A DNA stretch of 64,000 bases. Origin: Octopus bimaculoides. Its lineage: Eukaryota. The number at the start of each line of letters is the position of its first letter. Positions within the stretch are counted from its first letter, which is position 1. The DNA lies in the NCBI RefSeq assembly GCF_001194135.2, contig NC_068984.1, positions 31,505,059 to 31,569,058 of the forward strand. The letters run 5' to 3'. The notes below the pieces were generated by a model, which had not been told where the DNA came from, made no database searches, and saw nothing but the letters and a program-made list of their open reading frames with translations. This document shows positions 13,075-25,945 of this stretch, one piece after another. The translations under genes and the position numbers were made by a program.

Positions 13075-13285
13075 TGTTTGCCACTTAAATGCGGCTAACC
13101 CCTAATGTTGAATGCTACTGTAGCTTGTAGCCCCAAGAGAACATCTCCTCCAGCTGGCTACTGACACACTTTCTGTGCCCTGTCTGTATTTGCAAAGGGA
13201 AGCCAGCTGGAGGATGTGTTCTCCTGGGGCTACAAGCTACAGTAGCATTTACCCTTAGGGGTTAGCCGCATTTAAGTGGCAAACA
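13075..13285. mobile_element. Fold-back/MITE-like hairpin element, 85-bp arms with a 41-bp loop
   Basis: 13075-13159 versus the reverse complement of 13201-13285: 6 mismatches in 85 by manual alignment. Confidence 0.9.
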
Positions 13286-13490
13286 TACTTCATGTTGTCG
13301 TGTAGCTACTGTTTATACCTCATTCAGAGATTTATTACAACTAAGAATTGATTAGAATAAAAAAAAACATCACATTCATTTGACAAACTTTTATCAAATA
13401 TCCAACTACTTGAGCTGACTTGTGGTTTCCCAGTTGCTGACTTGGTTGTTGAAGCTGTGTTGGTGCCAGTAGGCCACATTTCGCAACATA

Positions 13491-13508
13491 TGCTGTCAGA
13501 AGTGGGAT
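13491..13508 (+). promoter_or_regulatory. Primer-binding site complementary to the tRNA-Leu(CAA)-type 3' end
   Basis: TGCTGTCAGAAGTGGGAT, 2 nt after the LTR-terminal CA; one mismatch to the complement of ...ATCCCACTTCTGACA-CCA. Confidence 0.8.
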
Positions 13509-14059
13509 CATTTCTTTTTTGCTGCTGTAGTCGGAAGGAGTGCGCATGAGGAGTCAGGCAGGGAAGGAAGAGGTGTCTCTGTCTGCAATCATGGATAGAT
13601 TGACTGAGTTTAAAGAAGAGCAAAAAGAGCAGCACATAGGTCTTCAGGAACTGCTGGACACATTCATGAGAAGAATGGAGAAGTATGAACATCAGTTGCC
13701 AGAGGGACAACAATAGTTCAAGAAAAGTGTACGTGAAGAAATTACAGCCGTACAGACGTTTGATGAATGATGATGTTACATGGCGCAAGCAACATGTCGA
13801 CGAACAGTTGAAAATGTTTAATAAAAGAATGGAGGCTGTTGAACGGTTTCGTGCTGCTGAGCCTCAGACTGATGCGCAGAGAGTGTGCGGAAATGGTGGA
13901 CGACATATGCTGAATTTTGAGAATGGTCAAACCTCCAGCGGTGGTTCTTCATGCGTGGGTGTGCCTGCTGGTGGTCAGGAGGCAGTTTTGGATATTAGAC
14001 AAAATCACGAGGCTCCAGTATTTAGACCCCGATCCAGAGAAGTGCAAGGCTGCTGTAGA

Positions 14060-14880
14060 GTTCCCATTAAGAAGCCAAAAGAATTTGATGGCAAAGTATT
14101 ATGGGAAGCCTACCGTATCTAGTTTGAGCTGCTGGCTGACCAGAGTGGCTGGGACGATAAGCAAAGAGTATTTCAGCTTGCTACAAGTCGAAAAGGTGCT
14201 GCACTAAAGGTGTTGAGCCAGTTGTCAGCGGAAGAAAGAAGCCGTTACTCTTCACTAGTTGAAGTATTACAGAGAGGATATGGCACGATATGCCAGAGTG
14301 AAATGCACAAGGCACGATTTCGAACACATGTAAGGGCTAGAGGGGGATCACTACAGCAGCTTGCTCATGACGCGGAGAGCGTGGAACTTAAGCAAATACT
14401 TGACCTTTTAGTTCTTCTGAAAGAGCATTTTATCGTCGCTCTGGGCAGTGCAGAGGTCAGTTCAAGTGAAACTGGCACAATCAAATATTATGCAAGATGC
14501 ACTGGCTTGAACTCTGGAATTTGAGTTTTATATAAGGTCTAGCGCAGGAAGTTTCCAGGTGGGCTACAATCCCGGATTCAAAGCAAGGATGGGGCAAGCA
14601 CGTAAAGTAGGAAGATTTAATGAAACTTGTGCTGCGAGAGGTTAGGACATAAAACAGAAAGCTGTTTGAAGAACAATAAATTGTTGGATGAAGTTGCTAG
14701 CACCGTGGGAAGCCACGACACAAGAAGCAGTATTGGTATTATCTAGCCTGAAAAGAGAGCAAAAGCAGAACGATAGTAGAAAGTTTACATTTACGAGAGA
14801 GTGCAGGACATGTGGTGAAAAGGGACGTTTGAGTTTTGACTGCCCTGCACGAAAGGATAATAAGAAGATAACAAAAGATA
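14060..14880 (+). pseudogene. Retrotransposon gag pseudogene (capsid plus degenerate CCHC knuckle)
   Basis: KKPKEFDGKVLWEAYRI*FELLADQSGWDDKQRVFQLATSRKGAALKVLSQL...SLQQLAHDAE in one frame; ECRTCGEKGRLSFDCP downstream. Confidence 0.9.
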
Positions 14881-14989
14881 AATAGAAGGGGCTGGTGTTA
14901 ACGGGCAACAGCCAGCCGAGTATCCCAAAGAAGCCTCACATTTGAGAGGATGTAAAAGGACTGTGATTGACAGCATACAAGTGGATGGT

Positions 14990-15280
14990 CGAAATGACAG
15001 CCAGAAGATCCCCTTGCCATTGATTCAGTCTCGGAGCAGAGTTTTGTGAGACCCAAGGTGTTACAGCATCGAGATCTACTAGAATCATCACAACATCAGT
15101 GTGGTGTTACCGGGTACTGTGCTGAAGAGAGGGGACTGGTTAATATCCAGATTGAAGTTTCAGGGTAAGCGGTCATGCTTCCTGTTTACGTGGTGGAGAT
15201 GGAGGATCCTTGTCTTTCGAGTTTAGACTACTTCGCATCCATGGGGTGTCCGCTGAACTTCTGCTCCATGAAGCATTGGG
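14990..15280 (+). pseudogene. Degenerate retroviral-type aspartic protease
   Basis: AIDSVSEQSFVRP (decayed D-T/S-G motif) and VYVVEMEDPCLSSLDYF. Confidence 0.6.
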
Positions 15281-15707
15281 TGCAAGGAAGAGCAGTCTTT
15301 GTTAAGGTGATAAAGCGGACCACTGTTGGTGGTGAGATGAGAGCATTACGGACGACAGGGATTCCACCGAGATCGGAACTACTGCACCAGTGTAGTGTGC
15401 ATGGCCCATTTGATGAATGTCTGAGGATGTAGGATGGGGTGATGAAGTGCTGGTTGTAGAGGCAAATTTCTCACGGGAGGCACAGAGGATTTGCAAAGGA
15501 CAAATTGTGCATGTAAACCACATGTGGAAGTACTATGAGCTTGGCCAGTTCAGCTGGGACCTCTCTGGGAGGTTGGAGACATCTGTTGACGACGTTACTG
15601 GGAAAGACCAAGTAGAAGAAGCGCAAGAGCAAGACAGTCACCGTAAGGACTGAAGCTATGATGTTTTATACTTTTTTATGGGTCGACAAAGGTATAGGGA
15701 GGAGGTA

Positions 15708-16189
15708 TGTTACGAAAGAGAAATATTCTGATAACTATAATTTCAAATGGTACTACTCGAAATCGAAATACTGTTATCTAGTTCTACAAAAGAAAACCAA
15801 TAATGGATAAATAATTAATTCTAAGGAGAAATAATGTTCATTGATCATGTGACTGATTTAAATCACACTGCGCGTTTTCCTTTTGCACGCTTTTAGCTGT
15901 GAGGTGGAGTATTTAAACTAGTGGGCGAACATCGTTTTAGCGATGTGAACAGTGGGCGTGAAGTCAGGCGACTAGGAACTACAGTCAGAGTGAAGTTGGC
16001 AACGAAAACAGTCGGAGAAAAGATCCCATGTGACCAGTTGAAGTGCACCTGGGTGACGAAGGATCACATTTCGCAAGACATACAGCCGGGTACGGCTACA
16101 TTCTTCCACTCTAAGCAAGTTAGCTTGCTAGGCTGGCCTACGATTTCTCAGCTGTTGGAGCTGTGTTGGTGTCAAGAGGCAGCATTTCG

Positions 16190-16194
<5 letters not shown>
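15708..16194 (+). repeat. 3' LTR (487 bp, TG...CA)
   Basis: Starts TGTTACG right after the PPT; ends CATTTCGCAACA, the same as the 5' LTR end. Confidence 0.85.
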
Positions 16195-16233
<39 letters not shown>

Positions 16234-16619
16234 NNNNNNNNNNNNNNNNNNNNNNNNNNNNNNNNNNNNNNNNNNNNNNNNNNNNNNNNNNNNNNNNNNN
16301 NNNNNNNNNNNNNNNNNNNNNNNNNNNNNNNNNNNNNNNNNNNNNNNNNNNNNNNNNNNNNNNNNNNNNNNNNNNNNNNNNNNNNNNNNNNNNNNNNNNN
16401 NNNNNNNNNNNNNNNNNNNNNNNNNNNNNNNNNNNNNNNNNNNNNNNNNNNNNNNNNNNNNNNNNNNNNNNNNNNNNNNNNNNNNNNNNNNNNNNNNNNN
16501 NNNNNNNNNNNNNNNNNNNNNNNNNNNNNNNNNNNNNNNNNNNNNNNNNNNNNNNNNNNNNNNNNNNNNNNNNNNNNNNNNNNNNNNNNNNNNNNNNNNN
16601 NNNNNNNNNNNNNNNNNNN

Positions 16620-16670
<51 letters not shown>

Positions 16671-18389
16671 AGTATGTGTGTGTGTATTTGTATACATATA
16701 TATAGTGAAAGAGTGAGAGATCATGAGATATATGGACTGATGGTGGGATAATCAGAAAGAGATTGAGAGAGAGGGAGAGAGAGAGAAGAAAAAGAAAGAT
16801 GGATGCATATGCAAAGCTACTCAACTTGAGGACTACATTTATGACTGCATGACTATATTTTTGCATAATTACACACATGTATGTATGTGTTTTTTGGTGG
16901 GGGGGGGGAGTATAATAGGTTATATATCATATAGATAAAATACACATGAGCTTACATGCACACACATACACATAGGCATAGAGTACTAACAGCCTGAAAT
17001 CTTTTTCCTTCCTACAAGGCTTACAATTAAAGCTAACAGCAACATTTTTCCAATAAACATCACAACTGACATAGAAATGTGACTTCCAGCAAAATAAGCC
17101 GATAAGATCCTTATGGATTTCTATCATGTTATCCTTGAAACAGTAAGAGAACAAAGCTCTATCTAAAGAAAGGATCAAACCCAGAGGCAATGATTCAAGT
17201 GTGTAACACTTCATACTCTTATAACCATACAAGAGTGCTATAATGAAATGTGTGACTTTATGAAATTAGCTTTCTTGGCATGTGTGCATGGTCATATTTA
17301 GTTTAGTGTATATAATCATGTGTGTGTATATATGTGCATACGTACCCATGTATGATGGGTCACATATATACAAACATATATAGTTCTGTATGTGAGTGTG
17401 TGGTGTGTTTAATGAACAGAATGAAACACCTAAGGGTTTCTAAGAGTGATGATCTTATATATGCATTTACGATCCATTTGTCAAGCATATTATAAGCCCA
17501 TGTGTGAATGTGCAGGTATGTGTAAGTGTGTGTGTGTGCGCATGCGCGCACATAGCATATATTTGTGAATCTCTGTATACATGCAGGTATAGATATGTAT
17601 AAGTATTTGCGAATATATACATGCAAACGGGCATACACACACACCCAGACATGAATACAAGTATATATGGGTAAATATGTGTGCGTATGTGCGATTGTGC
17701 ATGTAGACGCATCTGCGTAAATGCCTATTAATTACGTCATCATTAGTACATGTCTAAACAAAAAACGAGGATACTTTTATCAATGAAAAAATGTGCCATA
17801 CATCAACAAACAGGCGGTGGCCTATTGAAACAAACATACCTTATATGAAAAACGAGCAGTGGCAAAAGGAAGTGTATCCACAGTAAAATGTCAATCAATG
17901 AAGTTTTGTCTGATCCATGCCATCACAGAAAAATGAACATAAAATGATGACCACTACTATGCTAATGAAGCTGGTGATTCGGGTAGTTCAGTATTCAGTG
18001 TTTCAGTGATCACCATTGTAATTCTGAGCCTTAAATTTTCATTCCAGATGAAAAAATGAATTTGAGACACAGATTTTGTATTTATAGATACTGTTTTTGC
18101 CATAGAGGAGTTTGGCTTGTGCGTAGTTTCGAGTGGGAAATTTCTTAAAGGATTTGTTTTATAATTTTATGCGTATGAATACGTATGTGTGCATGTTCGT
18201 TTGGACCACTGTAAGATTTGGTCATTAAAAATAGATATCCACTTGAATGTATTTCTAGACGAATGCATTACATTGGGTTTAAATAGTAACGTTTAAATGA
18301 AAATGTATGTGTAAGGAATGTAGTGAGTGTGGGAAGCCTCATAGAGATGAAATATGCTTGTATTAAAAGTCTATACAGAGACACGTAGA

Positions 18390-18680
18390 AAAATATTATC
18401 AAATGTTGTCTTGCACTTTTATGCCACCAGATTTTACCTTTCGGCCTCTCTTCATAATTATTGTTGCGCACTTATTTATCCCAAGCAGTATTCCCAAGCA
18501 ATATCTTTACTGAATATTCTCGCTACTGGGATAAAATAATCCAGATCTCATTTTTTGTATATATCTTTAGGTCATCCACATAAATTAGGCAATTTCGTCT
18601 CATCTTGGATTTGGTCAGCTCATAAGCTGGCCTGGATTTTCTCTGTATACCTGTCCGTGAGAATAGCGAATTTTGACACA
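18390..18680 (-). mobile_element. Inverted RT-core segment of an R4/Dong-like LINE
   Basis: Minus strand: LIYVDDLKIYTKNE...RIFSKDI...INKCATIIMKRGRKVKSGGIKVQDN. Confidence 0.85.
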
Positions 18681-18724
18681 GTTATATATACCTAGTTATA
18701 TATACCAGTTATAATACCTATAAA

Positions 18725-20200
18725 AAATTGTAGCTCTGGCATTCAGCATGCAAGCATGAAAGAGAAGATCAGGAAAGAATGTTATAGGAGACTTCGAGCA
18801 ATGCTGAAATCTGAGCTAAATTCACATAACGAGGTGTTAGACATAAATTTCTTAGCATTTCCAGTTGTTACCTGTAGCTTCAATGTGTCAAAACTGAAAT
18901 ATCAGTGAAATAAAATATAAATTGGCCGAATAATAAATTAGCAGCTTGTTTGTAATAAGATGCATCACCCAGAGCAGACGTAGATCGTCTTTACCTTCCC
19001 AGATCCCAAGGAGATCGACGCTTGATCCAGTTTGAACTTTCGTACACGACCTTCGCAATTGGACTGGCCAAATATCTTGAAACAACTAACAACTGGATGC
19101 TAAAGCTCTTTGAAAATCACTAAACGCATAAGAAGATTCTTTCTGTCTTGAAGGAGTGCAACAAATTCTTAATCTGATTTCATACAAGAAACCAAAACTG
19201 AACAGCTTGAGGGAAATGCAGCAACTGTTATTGCGAAGTTAAAATTAATGGCAAGGAAAAAGCACATGAACAATTGGCTAGTAGGTGGGAGCAGAAACCA
19301 TTGCTTGACAAATATGTAGCCTGTAGCAAACAAGCAGATGTTAACCGGAAGAATATCCATTAGTGGCCACAGAACTCAGGGCTAATGGCAAAGTGTGTAT
19401 GCTTCATCTTAGCTGTTCAAGATCAAGGCTTATTGAGCTGGAACTACCTAGCCAATGTGATGAAAAGTGGAGTAGACCCAGAGTGCCGATGTTATAATGT
19501 TGAGATTGAATCAAGAGATTACATAATCTCTGGCTGTAAAATTTTAGCTCCGGAGGAGTATAAATCAAGATATGACAGAGTTGGGCCAATATGTACGCTG
19601 GTAAATGATAAAATATCAAAATTGTTGAGAAGTGGTATATGCACCACCCTGAGGCTGTAACTGAGTGAAAAAATGTTACGATTCTTTGGGACTTTCCAGG
19701 ACATACATACAGAACCATCAACGCTAATAAACCGGATATTGTTGTGAAAGACCACAACAATAAAAGTTGCTTCTTGATTGGCTTGAGTATTCCTTGCGAT
19801 CATAATATTTTGGCAAAATAATTTGACAAGCTCAGAAAATAAGGACTGGCTCATTGAAATCAAAATCATGGGATATCTCAAGGCAGTTAAGATGTAAGTG
19901 ATTGTAGGAGCAATTGGAATGATAAAAAAAAGGAAATGAAAATTATTTCACCATGTCTCTGGCTTGCAATCAATCTAAGATGGGCAAAAGATTGCTTTAA
20001 CTGGTATTCACACGTATTGAGAAGAACATTGTCACTGTGAGCACGATTACTACTACTCATGTGGATTTTTTAAAAATATAACTTCATTTGATTTTGTATA
20101 TGAACAATCTGTTGTGTTTATCTTAATGGCCTATCAACGCATACTGTGAGTTTCTTTGCCCTAGGAGTCGGAGGAAATTCGACAAAGAATGGAAACAAAA
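18725..20200 (+). mobile_element. R4/Dong-like LINE 3' half (RT thumb, CCHC, RLE, 3' UTR)
   Basis: IQHASMKEKIRKECYRRLRAMLKSELN, ADVDRLYLPRSQG, AVQDQGLL..NY..NVMKSGVDPECRCYNVEIESRDYIISGC, KPDIVVKDH, LRRTLSL*. Confidence 0.9.
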
Positions 20201-20307
20201 TAACAAGTAAAACTCAAAATAATAATGATGATGATAAGAAAAACAACAGCATAAAGAGCTGTATTCGGTAGTGCAGTGAAAGCGTGTAATAAAAAAAAAG
20301 AAGACTA

Positions 20308-20310
<3 letters not shown>

Positions 20311-20385
<75 letters not shown>
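20311..20385. repeat. (AAT)n microsatellite downstream of the LINE 3' UTR
   Basis: Visible run. Confidence 0.95.
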
Positions 20386-21099
20386 CATTATTGTAATAAT
20401 TTAATGGGGAAATAAGTCTAATCGACGTTACGATCATTTCTGTGACCGAAGGTTTTTGTTTTATTTCATATCTCATACAATGTTATGTAATGCATTAAAA
20501 ATCAAGGTGTTTGAGGAAGTGAATGAACTACGAAAATATTATTATTACATATTTCTATATCTTGAATGTATTGCATAAAATTGTACGAGTTATGAAACAG
20601 AAACAATCGTTCGTTTGCGGAAATGATCGTCTTGTCGACTTGATATATTTCTTTATTGAAATTATTTTCATTATTAACTTCACGGGCTTTATATTAAGCT
20701 ACTGGCTCTTACTTTGAAGTTGCGAATTCCTCCGCTTCGTATTAATCTGTTTATCATCGATCTTCCGTCGGTATTGGGTTCCTACGGTAACAAGAATCCG
20801 ACACGGTATGCTGATGAGGTAATATTATAATTACCTCTTCACTCACTCACTCACTTACTTCATCAATACACGCATACACACACGCACACGTGCACACACA
20901 CATACCACCCCACAAAAAAATATATATGTGAATTTTAGGTAAATTAAGATGTTTGACATATTTCAACTTCTAAAGGCAAGTTCTATGTAAGGAGTTATAA
21001 CTTTTCCTGTTATTTTTATAACTTTGTCAATTAGTCTTTAGCCTTCCTAGTTAATTTTCTATATCTTCTTCATCATTGTAGCATTTGATGAGTTCATTG

Positions 21100-21440
21100 T
21101 TATGTCGGTCACTGGGAATGACTCATTCTTGTACTTTTCGTCTCATTATATGTGTGACTTGAGTGTACCCGACTTTTTCAAATATTTTCAGAATATCAGT
21201 AGCTATTATTGATGCCTTCCATGCCCTCATATTTTTAATTATTTCCACCCATATAAATATGGTTTCCATTGTCAGACCTTTTTGGCGAAAATTTTCCTTG
21301 TTTCCAGTATTTCCAAGTACGCCATTTAGTTTTTATGATTCTATTTACCAGATCATTCTGTCACTTGACCACTTCCTTGCAGCCGACAGTTTCATTGACA
21401 CTTTCAATTACCTTCTACGTTATAGATCTCTGTCACCTCC
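21100..21440 (-). mobile_element. RTE-clade LINE internal fragment
   Basis: Minus strand: IKNMRAWKASIIATDILKIFEKVGYTQVTHIMRRKVQE*VIPSD, resembling the pre-RT MKxGKAxGxSGI...IPxDW region. Confidence 0.65.
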
Positions 21441-21444
21441 TACT

Positions 21445-21479
<35 letters not shown>

Positions 21480-23429
21480 ACCGAATACATATTGGAACAT
21501 ATGTCTAGCAGAAGTATTTTCAACTTTTATAGCTTGCCTCTTTAGAGTTTAGATTGACACTTTTCTCTGGATTGGTTTATCACTTTTCCGATGTATCTAA
21601 TCACCGGTCTATGCTATATGAAACGTTGTCCACTGCAATTACGTACTCGTACGTATCATATCATACGCATATAATTTATGATAGTTTCCTGTCAATACTG
21701 TTATGGAATATCTAAATCAATTTTGCTGAACGTACAATTCTTGAAATATATATTTCATATACATTTTTACGACGAAATGAATAGAAAATGGCAGAAGGAA
21801 GTCGTAGATTTGAAAAAAAAAAAAAAATGAAAGGATTTATTGTTTATTAAAATATGAATATCGGACACGACGGCCCAATAGCAAAACACCAAGGGTAATA
21901 GAGAAAGTTTATTTCGTGAAATGGTAGCAAACAACACTAATTACAGTTAAAGATTTGTTGGTACAGATGAGCTTGCATAGAGGAAGATGTTACTGAAAAT
22001 GTGTTGAGTATGAACTGATATAATTAGTGGTTTTGAATAAGTTAGTTTGCATGTTGCAGCACTTTATTGTTGACATGTTTGTCAATATAAACAGCTGAAT
22101 ATCGAATATCAATCAGCGTCAACGTTTGACTACAAACGTTTCCGTTACTTGCTTGCTGACTTGATGAAGAAACTTATATTAAGGCTGACTGGATCACAAT
22201 CAACAACATTGATTGGATAGTTTAATTTTGACGTCATTAGTCGATTTGACGTGCATTCCAAACGATTTACTGGTTAGCATTGTGCCAACAGTATAAATCA
22301 ATTTCGTGTTCAGTTGCTTATCACAAGTTTTACGAACGTAATAACTGGTTCCAGTTTAGAATTTAGGCGAAAACTTACTGCATATCTAACATATCTGTGT
22401 GCAATTTTGACATAAATATGCACAAATATAAGACATACATTCAACAAAACAATTTCTGTGTTTCACATATATGCATCCCAAATAATAACACATACGACAA
22501 CGTATGAAATAGAACGGAGCTTTTGGCAAACGCGTTTGGTGCAAAGTACAAAGATGTACACTCTTCTAGATAGGTAGCAGTGATGGTGTGGTGTTGTAGG
22601 CTTACTTCTGTCAGAAATGAGCAGATAAACCGATTGAGGTGGTCAGAAAGTGTGTGATAAGATTATTTAGCCGAGACTAGTCTTAAATAATGTAACAGTG
22701 ACACTTAGCTGAATTTGCTCCACAAGCTGCACCGGCCACATAAACACAAGGACCGTTTCTACAAAGCCCTTTCGTAGAGTACTTTAATGATGAGTGACTA
22801 TGTCTTTATCATCATGGCTGGTAATTTAAACGAATATGTTGGTTAGCATCACAATGCATTTCATGGTTACTATAGAATATAGTGTTCACTTAGTATCAAT
22901 AATGATTCATGCTGCATTGGGTGAGTGATGTCTGCATAACTTTGAGTCGATCAATGTGTAAAGCTTGGAATTGGCAGATAGATATTACATGAAATCTGTT
23001 ATGCATATGTGTATGTTTACGTGCTTCTGTGGAGGGGGTATTTGCATATGTTTTGTATGTGTATATAGATGTGTGCATGCATGTCGACATTTTACGTCTT
23101 CACATGACATCACCTGAACAAAATAGTGACGTCATGTTTATATTCCTTATCAACAATGTTCTGTATCATTTCACTTTCGAAAACCAGAAAGGTAAAAATA
23201 AAGAATTAAAAAATTACTAATTGAAAAGAGATAAGGTTTCATGACAGGAAAAGCATGCATCCATAACATACTATCTCAGCTAAGGTTCGCCCAAATGTGC
23301 CAGTATAAAATTGCGGATGTAACACAAACGAGTGAATGAATTAAAATTTCCATATTTCATGTTGAATAGACAAGGCGTATTTTTCTTGCGGTCGGTTAAA
23401 GTTACCTAACGTATGTAGTGCATTGTAAA

Positions 23430-24430
23430 CCTGGGAACCAAACTGCTAATCCGTTAATAGTTAATTAGTGAAGTTAACATTTTCGTTAACGATTTAACTT
23501 TTAAATTAACTTTGGAAATCATTATCGGACTAATTAACTTCCGTTAATAAGTTAATTCTTTAAAATGTAACGGAAGTTATCGATAAAGCGTTAACGTTAA
23601 GTTTTTTTATAGAAAAAAAAAAACAAAGACCACCCAAAGCCTCCTTAAAATGTGCGAAAACTATAAAATCAGACTTTTTGGCATTTCTAAGGGCTTTAGA
23701 ACTCCCAAAGATATAGTTTTTCTTTTGCTTTAGAGTTAAAAAATGCTGATTTTATACTTTAAATTTTAAAAGACTCAAAACGCTGATTTCATAGGCTTGG
23801 CCCACTTTTAGGTTTTTGAAGGCTTTTAGAACCGGAAAAGGATAAAAAGAGTGCAATGTTCAAGAGGTCATACAGGGCTGCCATGGCCAAGGCACGTGCC
23901 TCTGGAACCAGCAAGATCACAGCAATGTGGCAGTTGACAGCATCTACGCTGAGGTAGGGAGCATCATGGATTCCAACTTCTCTCTTGACTTCAAAATAAT
24001 TAAAGGAGAGGAGATACACTCATTGTCATTGCAGACTTTCTAAGAGTGGTGTGGGCAAGATAGTTAATGTTAGTTTTGGATAGTTCAGAGTTGATGGCTG
24101 CAGGAAAAAAATCATCATTGGTAGGTTTGAAATTTCAAAGACTTACGTTCTGGAGGGGGAAGAAGTAAGACATGTCAGAATGTTTATTGTGGGACTTAAG
24201 GTTGCCTCATGAAAACAACTGCTCAAAAGAATCAATAAGGCTTTTAGTGCTTGCTGTAACAGATGTTTTAAGTTGCAATTTGAACTGAAGTCATTCTGTC
24301 CATTTAAATTATTAAGATTAGCTGTGCAGTGAAAGAGAAGTGGACTATCACGAGAAATGCTTTGCAATTTGGACACATGTTGGCACTTTCCGAATAGATT
24401 CAGTTGAGGGATATTTAGCAGTAACAAAGG
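23430..24430 (-). mobile_element. Putative degenerate hAT transposon 3' part with AAGTTAAC-rich subterminal repeats
   Basis: 23430-23610 is packed with GTTAAC/TTAACTT/CCGTTAA motifs; the adjacent minus-strand translation loosely resembles a hAT C-terminus. Confidence 0.4.
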
Positions 24431-25016
24431 AATGCAAACGTATACCTCGAAATTAAGAAACTGGAAAATGACTAAACGAATGTCTTTGTTGATGGTGAAT
24501 AAGAAGTCACTAATCTCAGATTTAACAGTAGTAAAACTTTACTTCGTGATATAAAGTGTCGTCGCACAACAGAGAATCGGAACCTAAGTACCTATGATGC
24601 AACAGAGAAGGGGATATCTGTAATGAAAGATATTCAGAATGTATGTTTGGAAATTTGAATTCAGCGAAAATGTATCATATTTTAAACCTGAGACAAGAAA
24701 AAAAAGATTTTACAACCTTACAAGTGATGTGGTGTACATTGAACTGACTAATAAAATGTAAAGCGTAGAAAGTTATTCCATATTTTCCAATGAAGGCAAT
24801 TATGTTTGATATTCTTAGAAATATTAAAGTATGAGAATCAAGCATTCATGCATTTAAGCATACACACAAATTTATAGATAGGTATGAACGTTCGTAGCTT
24901 TAAAAGAATGTTGTTAAATTTATTTCCAGAACAGAGACCACTTTTTGCCAATTGCAACGATTTCACAAGGCGCATTGTAAACAAGTTGAATTAATGCAAT
25001 ATAATTAGCTATACAA

Positions 25017-25417
25017 GCGCAGGAGTGGCTGTGTGGTAAGTAACTTGCTTACCAACCACATGGTTCCGGGTTCAGTCCCACTGCGTGGCACTTTCGGCAA
25101 GTGTCTTCTACTATAGCCTCGGGCCGACCAAAGCCTTGTGAGTGGATTTGGTAGACGGAAACTGAAAGAAGCCCGTCGTATATATGTATATATATGTATG
25201 TGTGTGTATATCTTTGTGTGTCTGTGTTTGCCCCCACCCCAACATCGCTTGACAACCGATGGTGGTGTATTCAGGTCCCCGTAACTTAGCGGTTCGGCAT
25301 AAGAGATCGATAGATTAAGTACTAGGCTTCCAACGAATAAGTCCTGGGGTAGATTTGCTCGACTAAAGGTGGTGCTCCAGCATGGCCACTGTCAAATGAC
25401 TGAAACAAGTAAAATAG
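25017..25417 (+). mobile_element. Full-length tRNA-derived SINE (family D; resembles octopus OR-type CORE-SINEs)
   Basis: A-box-like TGGCTGTGTGGT, B-box-like GGTTCAGTCCC, CORE-like GGCAAGTGTCTT, internal (TA/TG)n, and a 3' CCAGCATGGCCAC...GACTGAAACAAGTAAAA end. Confidence 0.9.
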
Positions 25418-25421
25418 TATA

Positions 25422-25945
25422 CAGTGATCTCTCGACTATCGCGGGTGTTACGTTCTAAAACATCCCGCGGTAGGTGAAAATCCGCGAAGAAGAGACAATA
25501 CTGTAGTGTATATATTTTTTATTAATTTTTAGAATTTGTATATATTTATTATATAAATGCAAAACAATATCACACACTCGACTCCCGAGTTTCGTTTTCC
25601 ATACAGTATGTGCGATTCTTTGTTTACTCATCTACAGTACACCACGTATTTTCTTTTAATATATTTTAATTAATGTGTTATACAGTGCAGTACTGTACTC
25701 AATTATTATTTTTTAATTTTGTTTAATTGTTAGGCGTGAAAATGCTTATTTCACCACAGAAATAATTAAAATCTAAAAACATATAAATACCTATCGATCG
25801 CAGAAACCCGCGATATACTGAGGAGTCTGCGATATAAATTTAGATATATTAGCCAGAAAAATCGCTATGTACTGAGGGCGCGATAGGTGAATCGCGATGT
25901 ACTGAGTGCGCAGTAGGTGAACCGCGATATGGCAATGGATTACTG
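25422..25945. mobile_element. pogo/Tigger-like MITE (524 bp) with TA TSD
   Basis: TA|CAGTGATCTCTCGACTATCGCGG ... CCGCGATATGGCAATGGATTACTG|TA; ~30-bp subterminal repeats at 25805-25930. Confidence 0.85.

Larger units (their letters stand above)
13400..16194 (+). mobile_element. Internally deleted Ty3/gypsy LTR retrotransposon (gag-pro, integrase tail, PPT, 3' LTR)
   Basis: 5' LTR end ...CATTTCGCAACA (13488), PBS, gag, zinc knuckle, protease remnant, IVHVNHMWKY, polypurine GGGAGGAGG, then a TG...CA LTR. Confidence 0.9.

Noticed and set aside
20808-20840. CTGATGA followed by a hairpin, as a possible hammerhead ribozyme
   Set aside because: No GAAA after stem II and no stems I/III.
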